A stretch of 58,572 nt of DNA from an archaeon (GCA_043797705.1 JAZDPJ010000017.1:1-58572), one strand, 5' to 3'. Numbered from the stretch's first letter, positions 47,204-56,565 are shown. Notes: a model not told the origin generated them from the sequence alone. Made by a program: numbers and translations.

Positions 47204-48395
47204 ATTGAAAAAGTACCGTGAAGACTTCTTAATACTGCGCAAGAAACTAAAAGGCAAATCAATAATCTACTTTGACAACGCATGCATGACACTCAAACCA
47301 ATACAAGTAGTAAACAAAATTAATGAGTATTATAATGAGTACCCAGCATGTGGGGGCAGAAGCCAACACCAACTAGGAAGCAGAGTAACAGAAGAAGTAA
47401 ATGAAACAAGAAAACTAGCTGCAAAATCGCTTAACGCCAAAAAAAGCTCTGAAATTGTCTTCACTAAAAATACCACAGAAAGTATAAACCTAATTGCAAA
47501 CTCCCTAGATTTCAAAGAAGGAGACAAAGTATTAACAACTGACAGAGAACACAACTCTAACCTAATCCCCTGGCAAATACAAACCAGAATACAACATGAA
47601 ACAATCCCCTCAAATCAGGACGGGACATTTAACTTGGAGAAACTTAAAGAAAAATTAACAAAAAAAGTCAAATTATTATCAGTAGTACATACCTCTAATT
47701 TAGACGGCTACACTTTACCAGTGAAAGAAATAATCAAACTAGCACACAACAACGGCACACTGGTTCTACTAGACGCAGCACAATCAGCACCACACCAAGA
47801 AGTGAATGTGAAAAAACTAGATGTTGATTTCTTAGCATGCTCAGGACACAAAATGATGGGGCCGACAGGCACAGGAATACTCTACGGCAAAGAGAGATTA
47901 CTAAATAACTTAAAACCATTCATAGTAGGAGGAGAAACAGTAACCGACAGCACATACAAATCACAAACATTTGACAAAATACCACACAAATTCGAAGCAG
48001 GACTGCAAAACTACGCCGGGATAATAGGACTAGGAGCAGCAATCAAATACTTGAATAAAATAGGCATGGATAAAATACAATCACACGAACAAAAACTAGG
48101 AGACTACATAAGAAAAGAACTAACTGAAGACAAAATAGAACTAATAAACCCACAATCACAAACATCGGGAATATTTAGCTTCAATATTAAAGGAATGGAC
48201 TCACACATGGTAGCATTAACCCTAGATAAAACATCAAACATAATGATACGCTCCGGACACCACTGCGTACACTCATGGTTCAACGCACACAAAATAAACG
48301 GATCAGCAAGAGCATCACTTTATTTGTATAATACCAAAGAAGAATGCGAATTGTTCTGCGAAGAAGTAAAAAAAATAGTCAAGCACTTTGCTTAA
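47196..48395 (+). CDS. sufS: Cysteine desulfurase (SufS/NifS-like, class V aminotransferase)
   Basis: PLP-Lys context CSGHKMMGPTG and catalytic Cys context RSGHHCVHSW. No in-frame ATG precedes the conserved core. Start candidates are GTG 47196 (chosen), TTG 47205 or TTG 47094. Confidence 0.8.
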   Translation: MSELKKYREDFLILRKKLKGKSIIYFDNACMTLKPIQVVNKINEYYNEYPACGGRSQHQLGSRVTEEVNETRKLAAKSLNAKKSSEIVFTKNTTESINLIANSLDFKEGDKVLTTDREHNSNLIPWQIQTRIQHETIPSNQDGTFNLEKLKEKLTKKVKLLSVVHTSNLDGYTLPVKEIIKLAHNNGTLVLLDAAQSAPHQEVNVKKLDVDFLACSGHKMMGPTGTGILYGKERLLNNLKPFIVGGETVTDSTYKSQTFDKIPHKFEAGLQNYAGIIGLGAAIKYLNKIGMDKIQSHEQKLGDYIRKELTEDKIELINPQSQTSGIFSFNIKGMDSHMVALTLDKTSNIMIRSGHHCVHSWFNAHKINGSARASLYLYNTKEECELFCEEVKKIVKHFA

Positions 48396-48615
48396 ACTCT
48401 TCAAGAGCCTTATGAAAATTATCTAAATCCCCTTCAAGATTAAAATGTCTCGTTATTGTTAATATTGAATTACTTTCCTGTTTCTTAACATTACAGATAT
48501 ACTCGACACCAGCAACCTCTCCCAAACGCACTCTTTTCTCTTCACTAGATATTTCAAGAAAAAGATTATCCCCCATAGAAGCAGGATTTTGAAGAACAAA
48601 ATTTTCAATAGTCAC
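48379..48615 (-). CDS. Hypothetical protein (GTG start)
   Basis: 78-aa ORF whose first valid start is the GTG at 48615. The frame is open further upstream without any start codon. No motif recognised. Confidence 0.35.
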   Translation of the reverse strand: MTIENFVLQNPASMGDNLFLEISSEEKRVRLGEVAGVEYICNVKKQESNSILTITRHFNLEGDLDNFHKALEEFKQSA

Positions 48616-48704
48616 TTCATGTTTAAAATAATCTTTGAATCTATGTCCCAGCTCAGTCCCATAGCAAAAAGCTATCTTTAAAGTATACCTGTAATCATTC
48701 CTAT

Positions 48705-49301
48705 TTAATCAACACCAAAATCATCAAGCTCAGCCTTGAAATCCTTATCTTCCTTAATCATGCCCTTACTCTTCATGAACTCACGGGCAAGCACCATAAA
48801 CAACAACCCAAGACTTCTTCGACCCTTATTATTACAAGGAACAACCAAATCAATATTATTAGCCTCATTATTAGTATCACAAAGAGCAACAACAGGCAAA
48901 CCAATAAGCATCGCATCATGAATAGCATTCTTATCAGGCCAAGGATCAACAATCAACATCATCTTAGTCTCCTTGAAAACCTCAAGCTCAGTATTAGTAA
49001 GACTACCAGGTCTATAACGACCAGCAATAACAGGAATACCAGTAAGATCAGAAAACTTATTAACAGCACTCCAACCATTCTCACGCCTACAAATAACAAG
49101 AATCTCACTTGGAGCAAATTGGCTTATGAACTTAGAAGCAACAGCAATCCGCTCGTCAATCTTCTTAACATTAAGCACTGCCAAACCATCAGGACGCACC
49201 TTATAGATAAAAGGATCCATATACTTAGTACGGAACTTAGTACCAATATGCAGACCGACCTTAAGATAATCCTCCAGCGGTATTAAAAAAGATTCTGTCA
49301 T
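48705..49301 (-). CDS. rps2: Ribosomal protein S2 (uS2)
   Basis: 198 aa. LKVGLHIGTKFRTKYMDPFIYKVRPDGLAVLNVKKIDERI is a typical uS2 N-terminus. Confidence 0.92.
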   Translation of the reverse strand: MTESFLIPLEDYLKVGLHIGTKFRTKYMDPFIYKVRPDGLAVLNVKKIDERIAVASKFISQFAPSEILVICRRENGWSAVNKFSDLTGIPVIAGRYRPGSLTNTELEVFKETKMMLIVDPWPDKNAIHDAMLIGLPVVALCDTNNEANNIDLVVPCNNKGRRSLGLLFMVLAREFMKSKGMIKEDKDFKAELDDFGVD

Positions 49302-49323
49302 TTTTAAACAAACAAAGAGAAGT

Positions 49324-49333
49324 TATATATAAA
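49324..49333 (-). promoter_or_regulatory. TATA-box-like element upstream of rps2
   Basis: The minus-strand reading TTTATATATA lies 23-32 nt upstream of the ATG at 49301, a leaderless-type spacing. Confidence 0.35.
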
Positions 49334-49355
49334 CTTTTTTGTTTAGGAAGCCAAA

Positions 49356-50330
49356 TCAAACCTTTGCAAGCTTCCTAATAGCCACAATATTCTTCCGAGC
49401 AGCATCCTCGCCAATCTTAATCAAAAGAGGAGCCTTATCAAACTCAATAAACCTCGCACCATCAATATGCGGCTTAATAAGCAAATCCGGCTTGTGCATC
49501 TCAAGCTTCAAACGCGTAAACTCATTACTAGTCAAATGATTCGCCTTTATAACAGTCTCAACCATAGGAGGCAAAGAAAAAGCCTTACCGCTCAAAAACT
49601 TAAAAACAAACTTAGGATTCAAAACCTTCAAAAAAATCCCAGGTATAGCTTTTTTATTCTTCAAATAACTCTTAATATTACTAACCTCCTGAATAATAAA
49701 CCTATTCTTAAACTTCTTCCAAATAGTATTATCAGTATCAACAGCCTTCACACGCCTAAACGGCTCATAAGGAAGAGTCAAATCAATAGCAATAACCTTA
49801 TCCACCTTACCCGCCAAAGCATCAATCGGTATAGGATCAAGAATACCCCCATCAACAAGCAAACGGTTACCGATCTTCACAGGAGTAAAAACACCCGGAA
49901 TAGAGATACTAGCACGAACAGCCTGAACAATATCCCCTTTATCAAAAATAATCTTCTCACCACTATTGACATCAACCGCAACAGCAGAAAAAGGAATATA
50001 CAAATCCTTAAAATCCTTAACCTTAAGATTCTTCCTCAAAAACCTCTCAATCTTCTTACCATCAAGCAAGCCAGTATACTTAGCAGTAAAATCCATAAAA
50101 GTCTCCCAATTAAGATCAGAAACAATCTTCTCCATCTCACTAGGATGCATACCAGAACAATACAACGCACCAATCACAGAACCGATACTAGTACCAGCAA
50201 TATAATCAACAGGAATCTTCTCCTCATCAAGAACCTTCAAAAAACCAATATAACACAACCCCCTAACAGAACCTCCGCTCAAAGCCAAACCAATAGTCGG
50301 CCTCTTATGCTTCTTATATCTCTTTTTCAA
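49356..50330 (-). CDS. Patatin-like phospholipase
   Basis: Oxyanion box LSGGSVRG, nucleophile elbow GTSIG and VDGGILD are present. There is no usable ATG, so the start is the TTG at 50330, which overlaps the enolase 3' end by 17 nt. Confidence 0.8.
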   Translation of the reverse strand: MKKRYKKHKRPTIGLALSGGSVRGLCYIGFLKVLDEEKIPVDYIAGTSIGSVIGALYCSGMHPSEMEKIVSDLNWETFMDFTAKYTGLLDGKKIERFLRKNLKVKDFKDLYIPFSAVAVDVNSGEKIIFDKGDIVQAVRASISIPGVFTPVKIGNRLLVDGGILDPIPIDALAGKVDKVIAIDLTLPYEPFRRVKAVDTDNTIWKKFKNRFIIQEVSNIKSYLKNKKAIPGIFLKVLNPKFVFKFLSGKAFSLPPMVETVIKANHLTSNEFTRLKLEMHKPDLLIKPHIDGARFIEFDKAPLLIKIGEDAARKNIVAIRKLAKV

Positions 50331-51450
50331 TTTGTATCAACTCTTTTAATTTAGCCTGACGCTCAGGACCATAAATACCAGCCTTAATATAAGGAATATT
50401 CCAAGCAACAGCAAGATGAGAAATAGTCGCATCAAGAGTCTCACCAGAACGATGAGAAATAACAGTAGCAATCCTATTCTTCGCAGCAAAATCAACAATC
50501 TCCTTAGTCCTAATCAAAGAACCAACCTGATTAGGCTTAACAATAATACAATTAACCGCATTCCTTTTCAAAGCCTCCTTAAGCCTCTCAAGACTAGTAC
50601 AAATAAGATCATCCCCACAAATCAAAGTGCCTGAAGAACGTACCTTGCTGAAACCAACAAAATCCTCCTGCTGCATAGGATCCTCAACATACTTCAGCTT
50701 AAACTTCAAAACCATCTCCTTTACCAGATTCACCTGCTGTGTCTTTGTCAAATTCTGAGAACTGCCTTTTAGATTCTTATACCGATACGCGTTATTCTTC
50801 CAAAGCTCACTAGCAGCATGATCAATACCAATCTTAACCTTAGTATTAAGAGTCTTACTAACATCCTGAACAACATCAAAAACAGAACTCAAAGCATCAA
50901 AATCACTCATAATCGGAGCCCAAGCACCCTCATCAGTCTTATTCTTAGTGCCAATAACCTTACCAATCTTATTGTAAACATACTTGTTAACAAAAGACCT
51001 CTCATAAAAATTCCTACCCTCAGGAATCAACAAAATCTCCTGAATATCAATCCCCCTCTTAACATGAGCACCACCACCAACACAATTACCCAAAGGAGTA
51101 GGAAGACTCTTAGCAGAAGGATTCAAAAACTTCCAAACCTTACCCTTAGACAAAGCTTTTAATAAAGCATACTCCAAAGCAATAACAGTATTCGCACCAA
51201 CAACAGGAAGAATATGCTCAACCTTTTCTAAGTCTTCAAACTCCCTGAAATTTAACTTCTCAATCTCCTTAAAATTATTAATGAAATCAATACAAAAACC
51301 AATACCCTGCTTAGGAAAAGCCTGAACCTCATGAGAACCAACAGAAGCACCAGAAGGGGCGGCCGCAGAAAAACCATTAACAGAAACTTCAATAGTCGAC
51401 TCACCTCTTGAATTCAAAACCTTCTTAGCATTCAACTTTCTAATCTTCAT
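50314..51450 (-). CDS. eno: Enolase (short form)
   Basis: ATG at 51450 (MKIRKLN...). Contains VLNSRGESTIEV, IGIDHAASE, YVEDP, GDDL, KPNQVGS and SHRSGET. 378 aa, shorter than typical enolases. Confidence 0.85.
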   Translation of the reverse strand: MKIRKLNAKKVLNSRGESTIEVSVNGFSAAAPSGASVGSHEVQAFPKQGIGFCIDFINNFKEIEKLNFREFEDLEKVEHILPVVGANTVIALEYALLKALSKGKVWKFLNPSAKSLPTPLGNCVGGGAHVKRGIDIQEILLIPEGRNFYERSFVNKYVYNKIGKVIGTKNKTDEGAWAPIMSDFDALSSVFDVVQDVSKTLNTKVKIGIDHAASELWKNNAYRYKNLKGSSQNLTKTQQVNLVKEMVLKFKLKYVEDPMQQEDFVGFSKVRSSGTLICGDDLICTSLERLKEALKRNAVNCIIVKPNQVGSLIRTKEIVDFAAKNRIATVISHRSGETLDATISHLAVAWNIPYIKAGIYGPERQAKLKELIQIEKEI

Positions 51451-51490
51451 ATACAACTAAAACAAAAGGCAAAAGAGTTTAAAAAGTTTC

Positions 51491-52204
51491 TTACATAGAT
51501 TTTTTTAGTCTTTTTCTGTAATTCTTCAAAGCTGTCTCAAGAGCAATGATATGAGTCTTCACTCTTGATTTAAGGTCCCTCTCGAGATTGCTCTCAATCG
51601 TAAAGGCATGGTCAGTATAGTACTTATATAAGTAATCATCAAAAGACATACCAGAGATATAATCATCTTGGCATTCCTGATACTGAATACCATTCTCTTT
51701 AAATGCCTGAATTATGTAATCTGCAAAAAGATTCTCACTATCGGAACAAGACTCCAACAAATAAGTACTACGGTCTTCATGAAAATCCATCGTAAACAAG
51801 TAGTCCACACCATCATCCAACAAGCAACCTTGAACAATTCTACCTTCTTTCGTCTTAGACTTCCGATAAAACAAATTATTAATTTCCTGCTCACGATAAT
51901 TAAAATAATTATTATTCACAAATCCCCAAGGATTTATGCAAGGATAAGCAAAAAAACGAAAGTCATTAGTATATTTTTGAGCATGCTTCTCGAGGAATTC
52001 CAGAACAGCATGCACACCAGCAGGCTCAGTGCCATGAATGCCCCCTGAAATAAGAACATTAGACTTAGGATTGCCATCATCATTTCCAGCAATCAAACGA
52101 TACAAAGGATAGAAAAAATCACATTTAACTTCACCAATAATACTCACAAGAGTACAGTTATCAAGACTCTCAACCGCCTGAACAATAGTGCTATAATCTC
52201 CCAT
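51491..52204 (-). CDS. M14-like zinc carboxypeptidase / AstE-AspA family protein
   Basis: ATG at 52204 (the track start is TTG). Contains a zinc-ligand HxxE (GGIHGTEPAG) and DFHE. Confidence 0.65.
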   Translation of the reverse strand: MGDYSTIVQAVESLDNCTLVSIIGEVKCDFFYPLYRLIAGNDDGNPKSNVLISGGIHGTEPAGVHAVLEFLEKHAQKYTNDFRFFAYPCINPWGFVNNNYFNYREQEINNLFYRKSKTKEGRIVQGCLLDDGVDYLFTMDFHEDRSTYLLESCSDSENLFADYIIQAFKENGIQYQECQDDYISGMSFDDYLYKYYTDHAFTIESNLERDLKSRVKTHIIALETALKNYRKRLKKSM

Positions 52205-52261
52205 AAAAGAAAAAAATTGTAACAAACATTATTTAAAGATTACTATAAAAAAATAAAAAAA

Positions 52262-52480
52262 TTAAGCGTCCTCAACCTGCGGCGGCAAAGGCCTCTTAAT
52301 CGTAATAGGAATAATCCCCTTCTCAAACTCAAGCTTCGCAATAGTTATAGGGCTATAATTAATCTTCTCAAGCTCAGCCTTACTAAGCTTAAGCAAAACA
52401 GGAGCGCCCTTAGCAATCTGCAAAGCACGCGCACCAATAACCCTTGCCTTCTCATACTTGGTATAGTTTATTTCACTCAT
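52262..52480 (-). CDS. rpoK: RNA polymerase subunit K (Rpo6)
   Basis: Start moved to the ATG at 52480 (MSEINYTKYEKARVIGARALQIAKGAPVLL), which is the Rpo6 signature region. Confidence 0.88.
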   Translation of the reverse strand: MSEINYTKYEKARVIGARALQIAKGAPVLLKLSKAELEKINYSPITIAKLEFEKGIIPITIKRPLPPQVEDA

Positions 52481-52481
52481 T

Positions 52482-53252
52482 CTAAAGCGCCTCCCTAAGC
52501 ATTTTGGCCTTTTCAGAAGCAATAGTTATAATGTTTTCTACTTCTTCATCTGAAAACGCCCTCTCTCCGCCTTTCTGCATTGCACAAATCTCATCTTCCT
52601 CTGTAAATGCAATAGTCAAACGCGCATCCGAAGCAAGCTCCTCATCACGAGTCGGATCAACCAAAAGCTTATCCCCAACACGCCACACAGTACAAGCAAG
52701 CGGAAGTTTATTCAATGGCAAACCATCCTTAGTCCTATTCTTATAATCAATAGTCTCACCATCAAACGCAGGGAACTTTGCATCCTTCAAAGCCGCCAAA
52801 GCAGCCAAAGCAGATGCATCAAACAAATTACCATTCGCATTTATTGAATAGATATCGATACAAACAATCCACATCTTCTCCTTAGGGGTGATACAAAGCT
52901 TCTTAAAATCAATCGCATGAGACTCCCTTATACCTCTATCAACAACTCTTGCAAGCTCAATTGAATCAATAGTCGGAGGTCCAGACTCATACTCTGAAGA
53001 TGAAAGAGGCGTAAGCTCAGCATTAACCATAATAGTGCCCTTGTCAGGAGTATCTGGATAAGGGGTTCCAATCTCAACCTTCACTCCAGCAATTACAATA
53101 GTATCTCCAATCGTAACTTTTGCAGAACCTTCAGCAGCCTTACCAGAAATCCCATACTCAACAGTCACAGGAGCCCTATACTCTGAAAAATCCCTTCCAT
53201 CATTACGAAAACCTTTTTTTGCAAGCCCAACAATATATTCCTTAGCTATCAT
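52482..53252 (-). CDS. rrp42: Exosome complex component Rrp42
   Basis: 256 aa with an RNase PH-like fold and no obvious phosphate-binding motif, downstream of rrp41. ATGA-type 4-nt overlap with rrp41. Confidence 0.85.
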   Translation of the reverse strand: MIAKEYIVGLAKKGFRNDGRDFSEYRAPVTVEYGISGKAAEGSAKVTIGDTIVIAGVKVEIGTPYPDTPDKGTIMVNAELTPLSSSEYESGPPTIDSIELARVVDRGIRESHAIDFKKLCITPKEKMWIVCIDIYSINANGNLFDASALAALAALKDAKFPAFDGETIDYKNRTKDGLPLNKLPLACTVWRVGDKLLVDPTRDEELASDARLTIAFTEEDEICAMQKGGERAFSDEEVENIITIASEKAKMLREAL

Positions 53253-53968
53253 TTTTTTGCCCCCCCATATTTAGCCTTCAAAGCCGCCTTCTGCACATCA
53301 TAAATCTGCCTACACCCAACCTTTGCAAGCTTCAAAGCTTCCTTGAACTGCTCCTTCGAAAGAGTCCCGTCAAGCTGCAAAAGAGTAATCTCCCCTGTCC
53401 TCGGCATCATAGCCACAGGAATGTCAACAGACCCACCTTCAAAAGCCTCTTCATTATAATCCAAATCCACGACAGGCGTCTTTCCAACAACTCCACACGA
53501 AACTGCAGCGACAAGATCCTTCATAGGAAATCCTGCATCAGCCAATGCCAAAGAAGCCGCGCAAATACCTGCACATCTAGTGCCAGCATCTGTCTCAATA
53601 AGCTCGATGAAAACATCAACAACCGCCTTCGGAAACTCTGACAAATCCATAACAGGCTCCAACGCCTGAGTCGTAACAAGACTTATCTCCTTAGAACGCC
53701 TACTCGGACCAGGCCTAACCCTATTTCCAGATCCAGAAAATGCAACCATATTATAATTGCATCTCAAAATTCCAGTCTCAGGATTCTGCTTGAACCTCGG
53801 ATGAAGCTCTCTCGGACCATAAACAGCCGCCAAAGCAGTGCTCTTACCAATCGTGAACTTTGCAGAACCCACAGCATTCTTTATTATTCCAACTTCTGCT
53901 GAAACAGGCCTGGTTTCATCAAATCTTCTCCCATCAATTCTTTTATCATAATCTTTTTGTTCGCTCAT
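53249..53968 (-). CDS. rrp41: Exosome complex exonuclease Rrp41 (RNase PH-like)
   Basis: 239 aa with DGRRFDETRPV...GSAKFTIGKSTALAAVYGPRE. 4-nt overlap with rrp4. Confidence 0.9.
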   Translation of the reverse strand: MSEQKDYDKRIDGRRFDETRPVSAEVGIIKNAVGSAKFTIGKSTALAAVYGPRELHPRFKQNPETGILRCNYNMVAFSGSGNRVRPGPSRRSKEISLVTTQALEPVMDLSEFPKAVVDVFIELIETDAGTRCAGICAASLALADAGFPMKDLVAAVSCGVVGKTPVVDLDYNEEAFEGGSVDIPVAMMPRTGEITLLQLDGTLSKEQFKEALKLAKVGCRQIYDVQKAALKAKYGGAKK

Positions 53969-54672
53969 TTTTTCTCTCCATTCTTAGCAATGAAATCTTT
54001 AACACGATCAGTCAAACCAGAAATATGCGACTCTGCTGCGATAAGCAAAACTGCCTCTTCCGCAATCCTCTCCTTAACAGGATCAGTCCCAGAAATCCAT
54101 ATCCTACCATTCTGACCAGCAATAACCTGACAACCAGTCATCTCCTTAATCATGTTTATCATACTTCCCATCTTGCCAACAACCCTCGGCACCTTAGGCG
54201 CAGGAACTAATATGACCTTTCCGCCCTGCAACTTTCTCAAACCAGGACCCCTCATTGTAAGATCCATAGCCTTAGACTTTGTCACATTAATCAGCTTTCC
54301 AACAACAAGGTCATTTATCTTGAAAAAGTTTGTCAACTCTGCCCCTCGCGGAACAAATGCTGATGTCGCCTCTTTCATTGTCAAGCTTGCCTCATAAGCA
54401 TAACCGACATCAACAAACCAACTGCTGTAAGTCATATCAGCCACACGACCGATAACTGTATCTCCCTTCTTAGGGATATATGGCCCTCCAAGAGGCACTA
54501 CCTTTATCAAACGTCCGCTTAAATTTACAATCCCAAGCTGACAAGAGATTATATTGTCATCTTCCCTAAAAGCTCCGCCTGCAGGCAAATAATCCATGCC
54601 AGTAGCTAACACTTCTCCAGGAACCACAATCTGTTTTTCTTTTGTTAGTAATTCTCCCATTTTTTTCTCCAT
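53965..54672 (-). CDS. rrp4: Exosome RNA-binding subunit Rrp4 (S1 + KH)
   Basis: 235 aa with an S1-like central region and a KH motif PRVVGKMGSMINMIKEMTGCQVIAGQNGRIWI. Confidence 0.88.
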   Translation of the reverse strand: MEKKMGELLTKEKQIVVPGEVLATGMDYLPAGGAFREDDNIISCQLGIVNLSGRLIKVVPLGGPYIPKKGDTVIGRVADMTYSSWFVDVGYAYEASLTMKEATSAFVPRGAELTNFFKINDLVVGKLINVTKSKAMDLTMRGPGLRKLQGGKVILVPAPKVPRVVGKMGSMINMIKEMTGCQVIAGQNGRIWISGTDPVKERIAEEAVLLIAAESHISGLTDRVKDFIAKNGEKK

Positions 54673-54726
54673 TATTTTTTTTGCATTCTTGACCCTAATT
54701 AGCCTTTATCATCTCTTTTTTTAAAT

Positions 54727-55434
54727 TCAAAGCTTCAATCTTTTCTTATCAATCTTTGTGAACTTCTTCTCGTCTTTTCTTATGAAAGCACCATCAATTC
54801 TTTTTGTGTCAAAATCCTTTCCAAGAACTTTCTTCAATGCCTTCAATGCAAGTTTTATCCCTTCCTCAATATTCATACTCTCCTTGTAGCTACTACTAAG
54901 AACTTCCCTTGCTTCCAACTGGCCCTCGCCAATCGCAACAGCCTTATACTGGAAATAAACACCAGTAGGATCTGTGAAAAACAAAACCGGCTCATCGTTG
55001 TCGATACCTATGAATAAAATTGAAATTCCAAACGGCCTTGCACCACCATACTGAGTGTAAAACTGCTCTATATCGCAAACCTCCTTGACCAAATCCAAAG
55101 TGTCGATAGGAACACCATAAGTCACCCTGTGCTCCTGCGCCATAACTTGGGACTTCTCTATCAAAACCCTTCCATCCGCGACAACGCCAGTCGCTGTAGC
55201 ACCAATATGCTCATCAACCTGAAAAATCTTCTCAACAGAATCTGAAAGCATCAAATCATCAACTATACGCTTATCCGCAACAAGGATAACCCCTTCCTTG
55301 CATACCAAACCTATAGCAGTTGAACCCTGCTTAACCGACTCTCTTGCATACTCCACCTGTAACAACCTTCCATCAGGACTAAACATCGTACTAGCCCTAT
55401 CATAACCCATCATTTGATGTGACATTTCTTGCAT
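54727..55434 (-). CDS. psmA: Proteasome alpha subunit
   Basis: 235 aa with YDRASTMFSPDGRLLQVEYA, the alpha-subunit N-terminal signature. Confidence 0.93.
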   Translation of the reverse strand: MQEMSHQMMGYDRASTMFSPDGRLLQVEYARESVKQGSTAIGLVCKEGVILVADKRIVDDLMLSDSVEKIFQVDEHIGATATGVVADGRVLIEKSQVMAQEHRVTYGVPIDTLDLVKEVCDIEQFYTQYGGARPFGISILFIGIDNDEPVLFFTDPTGVYFQYKAVAIGEGQLEAREVLSSSYKESMNIEEGIKLALKALKKVLGKDFDTKRIDGAFIRKDEKKFTKIDKKRLKL

Positions 55435-55438
55435 TTTT

Positions 55439-55771
55439 CTATTCCTCCTTTATTCTATTTCTTAATTTATTCAAGCTGCCTGAAACAGCTATAGTCTTAA
55501 ACGCGAAATCCTTGCCTTTTGCAAGCATGATTGCTGATTTAACAGTATCAACTTCCTTATTTGATACACGCAATATACCCTTGTTCTTAACCCAGTCTTT
55601 GAGTATGATCACTCCTGCCTTGGCCATGCCAAACTCACCTAAAAATCTTTGGAGTTCTATACTGATAGCCTGGTGGGCAGCCTTTTGGCTTATAATGCCT
55701 TTACTAATTACCTCAAATACTATGTACCTTTTCTTCTCCCTCAATGTCGGGAGCAATGCCTTCAATTTCAT
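55439..55771 (-). CDS. rnp2: RNase P protein component Pop5 (Rnp2)
   Basis: 110 aa. LLPTLREKKRYIVFEVIS is a Pop5 N-terminal signature, and the gene heads the psmA-exosome cluster. Confidence 0.8.
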   Translation of the reverse strand: MKLKALLPTLREKKRYIVFEVISKGIISQKAAHQAISIELQRFLGEFGMAKAGVIILKDWVKNKGILRVSNKEVDTVKSAIMLAKGKDFAFKTIAVSGSLNKLRNRIKEE

Positions 55772-55834
55772 ATTTTCTGAGAAAAAACTCTCATTTCTCC
55801 TTTCTCTCGTTGAAATGGTAGAAAAGAAAGGGTA

Positions 55835-55842
55835 TTTATAAA
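55835..55842. promoter_or_regulatory. TATA-box-like element (orientation ambiguous)
   Basis: TTTATAAA lies 64-71 nt upstream of the pop5 ATG on the minus strand. On the plus strand it lies ~25 nt before a GC-richer stretch ending in the hairpin at 55924..55948. Confidence 0.3.
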
Positions 55843-55923
55843 GGTTTTGTTTTTGGTTGGCTCTGTCCTAAGAATCCGGTATTATGCCGAATAGGCTGTG
55901 GCAGGTTAGTCAGCTGTAGACTT

Positions 55924-55948
55924 CTGTGCTGATTGTCCGCACAGTTTT
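55924..55948 (+). terminator. Hairpin plus T-tract
   Basis: CTGTGC-9 nt-GCACAG followed by TTTT. Seen by eye, function untested. Confidence 0.25.
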
Positions 55949-55970
55949 AAAAACCGTCTTAAATATATTT

Positions 55971-56399
55971 TTATTTTTTACTGATTCCTTCACAGCGGGT
56001 ATAATGAGTGCCATCTAATCTCCCCAGCAGCTTAATCGCTTCCTTATCGAACTTAGAGAAAGCAAACCATCTCTTGCCCAAATCCTTCAATGATGCACCT
56101 TTAAGGAGTTTAAGGCCTCCCCGATTAGATTTTGAGGTGCAAGTTTAGAACCTCAAATCCAGTTCAATTTTTGAGGTCGCAATTTGCGACCTTAAAGAGT
56201 TATATTCAGAAGCGGTCAGCTGAAACATAAAATCTTCAGGAAATCTCTCAATATTTCGTTTAACCTGCTCGTTTAATCGTTTTATGTCAGCACCATAAAG
56301 TCTTGCTAAATCACTATCTAACATTACTTGCAACCCGCGAATTGCATAAATCCGGTTTTTTATCTGACTTTCATTCAAAATAGCTAATTCATTACCCAT
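55971..56399 (-). pseudogene. ORF6N (KilA-N-related) domain gene interrupted by an in-frame TAA
   Basis: ATG at 56399 preceded by GAGGTGG. IYAIRGLQVMLDSDLARLYGADIKRLNEQVKRNIERFPEDFMFQLT is the ORF6N signature. A TAA lies at 56145..56147, then the same frame stays open for 57 more codons to the TAA at 55971. Non-native codon pattern. Confidence 0.5.
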
Positions 56400-56565
56400 T
56401 CTTTCCCACCTCAGATACAACCCTAATACAACTTATAACTACTTGCCAGAAAATTCCGGAAGACTTGCAGAAAACCTAGAATATCCAAAGACTAAAGGCT
56501 TTACCGATTGGATTACAATAGGTATAATAAAATGAAAAGGCCCACCAACCAAGCTCAAAGACCAA

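Noticed and set aside
56145-56147. Programmed read-through of the in-frame TAA in the ORF6N gene.
   Set aside because: No read-through context is recognisable. The non-native composition and the neighbouring IS make simple pseudogenisation more likely.
56131-56192. Possible CRISPR-like or other repeat array (TTTGAGG three times, plus a 19-nt palindrome).
   Set aside because: There are only three short copies in mixed orientation with irregular spacing, partly inside a coding frame. No repeat-spacer periodicity appears anywhere in the window. The palindrome encodes the conserved RSQIATS segment and may be coincidental.
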